A DNA stretch of 64,000 bases from Squalus acanthias (lineage: Eukaryota): NCBI GenBank assembly GCA_030390025.1, contig CM059432.1, positions 21,640,001 to 21,704,000 on the forward strand, written 5' to 3'. Below are positions 59,117 through 64,000 of this stretch, piece by piece. Each line of letters starts with the position of its first letter. The stretch's first letter is position 1. The notes below the pieces were generated by a model. It made no database searches. It was not told the origin of the DNA and saw only the letters and a program-made list of their open reading frames with translations. The position numbers were made by a program, and so were the translations under genes.

Positions 59117-60580
59117 ACATACGAACATTCGAACATACGAATTAGGAGCAGGAGTTGGCCACTCAGCCCTTCGAGCCTGCTCTGCCATTCAATAAGATCA
59201 TGGCTGATCCGATTACTCCACATTCCCGCCTACCCCCAATAACCTTTCACCCCCTTGCTTACCAAGAATCTATCTACCTCTGCCTTAAAAATATTCAAAG
59301 ACTCCGCTTCCACCGCCCTGAGGAAGAGAGTTCCAAAGACTCACGACCCTCTGTGAGAAAACATTGCTCCTCATCTCTGTCTTAAATGGGCGACCCCTTA
59401 TTTTTAAACAGTGACCCCTAGTTCTAGATTCTCCCACAAGAGGAAACATCCTCTCCACATCCACCCTGTCCAGACCCCTCAGGATCTTATATGTTTCAAT
59501 CAAGTCACCTCTTACTCTTCTAAACTCCAGCGGATACAAGCCTAGACTGTCCAACCTTTCCTCATAAGACAACCAGCCCATTCCAGGTATTAGTCTAGTA
59601 AACCTTCTCTGAACTGCTTCCAACGCATTTACATCCTTCCTTAAATAAGGAGACCAATACTGTACACGGTACTCCAGATGTGGTCTCACCAATGCCCTGT
59701 ATAACTGAAACATAACCTCCCTACTTTTGTATTCAATTCCCATCGCAATAAACAATAACATTCTATTAGCTTTCCTAATTACTTGCTGTACCTGCATAGT
59801 AACCTTTTGCGATTCATGCACTAGGACACCCAGATCCCTCTGCATCTCAGAGCTCTGCAATCTCTCACCATTTAGGTAATATGCTTCTTTTTTATTCTTC
59901 CTGCCAAAATGGACAACTTCACATTTTCCCACATTATACTCCATTTGCCAGATCTTTGCCCACTATCTATATATCCCTTTGTCGCCTCCTTATGTCCTCT
60001 TCACAATTTACTTTCCTACCTATCTTTGTGTCATCAGCAAATTTAGCAACCACACCTTCGGTCCCTTCATCCAAGTCATTTATATAAATTGTAAAAAGTT
60101 GAGGCCCCAGCACTGATCCTTGTGGCACACCACCCGTTACATCTTGCCAATCAGAAAATGACCCATTTATGCCTACTCTCTGTTTCCTGTCAGCTAGCCA
60201 ATCTTCTATCCATGCCAATATGTTACCCCCTACACCATGAGCTTTTATTTTCTGCAATAACCTTTGATGTGGCACCTTATCAAATGCCTTCTGGAAATCT
60301 AAGAACAGTACATTCACTGGTTCCCCTTTATCCACAGCACATGTTACTTCCTCAAAGAACTCCAATAAATTGGTTAAACAAGATTTCCCTTGCACAAAAC
60401 CATGTTGACTCTGCCTGATTACTTTGAACTTTTCTAAGTGCCCTGCTATAACGTCTTTAATAATAGCTTCTAACATCTTCCCTATGACAGATGTTAAGCT
60501 AACTGGCCTGTAGTTTCCTGCTTTCTGTCTCCCTCCCTTTTTGAATAAAGGAGTTACATTCGCTAGTTTCCAATCTAATT
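59117..60580 (-). mobile_element. 5'-truncated CR1 LINE with complete RT
   Basis: [40 protein letters not shown]. (CATACGAA)n tail. Confidence 0.93.
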
Positions 60581-61250
60581 AAGGTGGGGGATCAAAGGCA
60601 TGGTCATAGAGAAAGCTTGTGAGGACTGCTTTCCAAGTAGGGTGGGAGATGGCAAGGCACTGGAAACAGAACAGGGAGTTTCAGAGGGCAGAAGTGTCGT
60701 GGCCGAACGTTTAAATTGTTTGTCGAAGTGGAGGGAGCAGGAGACAAGGAGAAATCTAATGGTAGAGGAGCAGAGAGTAAGACAGGAGGAGATGTAAGAC
60801 AGGAGGAGATCACTAAAGCACGGTGGAGCAAGGCCATGGAGAGATTTAAGATGAAAAAGAAAATTTTGAAGTCAAGCTGCTGAGACACATGGGGCCAATT
60901 GAGCATGGAGAGGATCAAGGTGATGGTCGTGCAGGACTTTGTGAGGATGAGGACATGAGTTGCTGCATTTTGGATGAGTTCAAGCTTGTGGTGGACAATG
61001 GGAAGGACCCTGACTAGAAGAACTTTAGAGAAGCCAAGTCTTGAACTGACGGAGGCTTTAGCTTAGATATTAGTGGAAGAGGGGGAGAGGTAGCCAATAC
61101 TATTGAGGTGGAAGAAAACAATCTTGATATTGGAACAGATATGGGGGAGGAAGCTGTGCACAGGGTCAAGCATTCAATGTTCTGCTCCTTCTAACTCAGC
61201 CTGAGATGACAACCAGTGAGGTTGATGAAGTGAAGGCCAGAGGCACTGGA
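60581..61250 (-). mobile_element. Old L2 fragment
   Basis: ILSMLNWPHVSQQLDFKI resembles the L2 LHWLP..RIDFKI motif. Confidence 0.6.
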
Positions 61251-61254
61251 TGGC

Positions 61255-61930
61255 ATTCAGGCTTGGGCTGATAGGTAGCAGGTAACATTCACGTCACACA
61301 AGTGCCAGGCAATGACTATCTCTAACAAGCGAGAGTCTAACCATTGCCCCTTGATATTCAACGGCATTGCCATCACTGAATCCCCCACCATCAACATCCT
61401 GGGGATCACCATTGACCAGAAACTTAACTGGACCAGCCACATAAACACTGTGGCAACAAGAGCAGGTCAGAGGCTAGGTATTCTGCGGTGAGTGCCTCAC
61501 CTCGTGACCCCCCAACGTCTTTCCACCATCTACAAAGCACAAGTAAGGAGTGTGATGGAATACTCTCCACTTGCCCGGATGAGTGCAGCTCCAACAACAC
61601 TCAAGAAGCTCAACACCATCCAGGACAAAGCAGTCCGCTTGATTGGCACCCCATCCACCACCTTAAACATTCACTCCCTCCACCACCGGCGTACCGTGGC
61701 TGCAGTGTGTACCATCTACAAGATGCACTGCAGCAACTCGCCAAGGCTTCTTTGGCAGCACCTCCCAAACACACGACCTCTACCACCTAGAAGGACAAGG
61801 GCAGCAGGCGCATGGGAACACCACCACCTCCAAGTTCCCCTCCAAGTCACATACCATCCTGACTTGGAAGTATATCGTCGTTCCTTCATCGTCGCTGGGT
61901 CAAAATCCTGGAACTCCCTCCCTAACAGTA
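61255..61930 (+). mobile_element. Second CR1-group LINE family fragment
   Basis: YKAQVRSVMEYSPL...IQDKAVRLIG...SWNSLPNST. Confidence 0.88.
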
Positions 61931-62016
61931 CTTAGGTACTGATGGTAGCCAAAAGGTTTTGCTGACATTCAGCTGGATGAAATTTTGGCTCATTCGGGTC
62001 GTGATCAGAAGTTGAA

Positions 62017-62340
62017 GAAGAAAGAAAGAACTTGCCTTTATTTAGTGTCTCAGGATGCCCAAAACAATTAACAACCAATGCATTACTTTTGAAGTGCAGG
62101 TACCGTTATATAGCAGGCGGACGTTGCAGCCAATTTGTGCACAGCAAGGTCGCACAGACAACAAGTGAATGAATGACCATATCATTATTTTTTTATGAAG
62201 GGGTTGAGGGAGGAATGTTAGTCCCTTCTTTTTGTTAAATAATATTATGTAATCTTTTACCTCCACCTGAACACACAGATGGACCCTAATTTAACAGTTC
62301 ATCCAAAAGACAGCACCTCTGGCAATGTAGCACTCCCTAC
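62017..62340 (-). mobile_element. Old DeuSINE
   Basis: GAAAGAAAGAACTTGC...CAGCCAATTTGTGCACAGCAAG. Confidence 0.65.
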
Positions 62341-62837
62341 CTGACTTGCTGAGCTGAACTTGTTTTAACTGAAAAAAAAATTGAGAGAAGACATGATCTG
62401 ACTCTTAACAGTCTAAAAGGCATAGATAATGCAGAGTAATTAAATTCTTTGACCTACACAGTTAGCCCAGAACTAGAGGACAAGCCTAAAGTAAGATGAA
62501 AGATTAGAAGAATTGTTTCTCACTAGAGTGATGGTGATACAACCTCTCAACAAAAGCAGTGGAGGCAGTGTCGATTAACCGCTTAGAACATGATTAGAGA
62601 TTTTTGGATACGATATTGAAATGATTAAATGCTCCAATGATCCTCTGCTGTTTGAGGAGAGCAGCATATCAGGGTTGATTAATAGAGATGTGAGTATGCA
62701 TGAATATTTTGCTTGATTATTTTTGGGAATCAGAGGATACAACAGAACTTTCTCTCAGGAGATTAAGTGGGTTGGTGGCGCCCATGATAGGATAAGATAC
62801 ATTGCCGTGGAAAATAGCGGACTTAATAAGGCATATA

Positions 62838-63895
62838 GCCCTATAAATTTGGCCGCGAGGCGTCCATTTTTTGGGTGTTAACTGGCTTATAAGCTCCCAT
62901 TATGGCGGGTAAGAAGCGTACGCCCATTTCCGGCCGATTGCGCCACCTGCCATATTGAGAAAGGAAAAAAAGAGGTGTTCTTTATCCATACCTGAAGCAG
63001 GCATTAGGCCCTTTGCGTATGCAAATAAGGAGCCTAATGCCTGTTTGAGGACTCCACTTCAAGATTGGTTTTCCCTGAGGCAGGCTGCACCCGCACCAGC
63101 TGCACTCAGGGAAGCCAGGCCTTGGGATCGCCTGTGACCTACAAGGTAAGTTATTTACATTTACTGTCCTGAATGTGGAGCCAGGAGGAGCAGGAGTGCT
63201 CCTCTGGACCTCACAGTTAATCTTCCAGCAGAGGTCCGATCTAGTAGTCTGCTTTGTAGTGTCATAGTGTATTTGTAGTCAAGTTGGAGTGTCAGCTGTG
63301 GCTCAGTTGGTAGCACACTTCGCCTCTGAGTCAGAAGGTTGTGGGTTCAAGTCCCACTCCAGGGACTTGAGCACATAAAGCTAGGCTGACGCTCCAGTGC
63401 AGTGCTGCACTGTCGGAGGTGCTGTCTTTCGGATGAAACGTTAAACTGAGGCCCCGTCTGCTCTCTCAGGTGGATGTAAAAGATCCCACGGCACTATTTC
63501 GAAGAAGAGCAGGGAAGTTATGCCCGGTGTCCTGGCCAATATTTATCTCTCAAACAACATAACAAAAACAGATTATCTGGTGATTATCACATTGCTGTTT
63601 GTGGGAGCTTGCTGTGTGCAAATTGGCTGCCGCATTTCCCACATTACAACAGTGACTCCACTTCAAAAAGTACTTCATTGGCTGTAAAGCACTTTGAGAC
63701 GTCCGGTGGTCGTGAAAGGTGCTATATAAATGCAAGTTTTTCTTTTTTGCCGGTGGGCTGCTGCACTTCACCGGCTTCATTATAATGAGGCCCAAGGCCC
63801 AATGCAGGGGCGCCTCGGACCTCTCCATTCAGGTGCACAGTCTTACCCTGTGCCTTCCACTCATCCAAAAATGGGGGCGCCCGAATTTCTAGACC
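62838..63895. mobile_element. Harbinger-type MITE hosting a DeuSINE
   Basis: ATA on both flanks. TIR GCCCTATAAATTTGG versus GGTCTAGAAATTCGG. Confidence 0.6.
63289..63745 (+). mobile_element. Full-length SacSINE1-like DeuSINE
   Basis: A box TGGCTCAGTTGG, B box GGTTCAAGTCC, Deu-like core and tail. Confidence 0.88.
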
Positions 63896-64000
63896 ATAGG
63901 CTTATCTTGTTTTCTTATGCTCTTATTTATCCCTGCTTTTAAAAGATGACTTTTGACATGAATCTTGTTATTCATGTTTGAAGTAATACTGGGCGGCCTG

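Noticed and set aside
63289..63362. tRNA genes at SINE heads (also 21046, 22680, 35090)
   Set aside because: A and B boxes continue directly into SINE bodies, and I could not fold a convincing cloverleaf.

Overview
Eukaryotic DNA, very dense in repeats. It is most likely intronic or intergenic sequence from a cartilaginous fish; this is inferred from recognising HE1-like V-SINEs, SacSINE1-like DeuSINEs and HER1-like CR1 LINEs by eye. I found no host gene, rRNA, true tRNA or CRISPR array that I can support. Almost all long ORFs are decayed transposable-element reading frames. The window holds many nested CR1, L2 and RTE LINE fragments, four SINE families, a near-intact full-length Tigger/pogo transposon (DD32D), two solo LTRs and short Penelope-like insertions with 9-12 bp TSDs, one of which carries a minimal hammerhead ribozyme. 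It also holds a rich set of PIF/Harbinger elements: MITEs with 3-bp TSDs, two ~1.8-kb deletion derivatives that keep the Myb/SANT exon, and one remnant with both DDE and Myb genes. The most notable oddities are a DeuSINE that occurs twice with the same >200-bp 5' extension, locally templated insertions (one fused to a Penelope end), perfect long hairpins, a tail-swapped SINE subfamily, an RT-deleted CR1 and a telomeric tract inside a SINE. All family names come from pattern recognition, not database searches.
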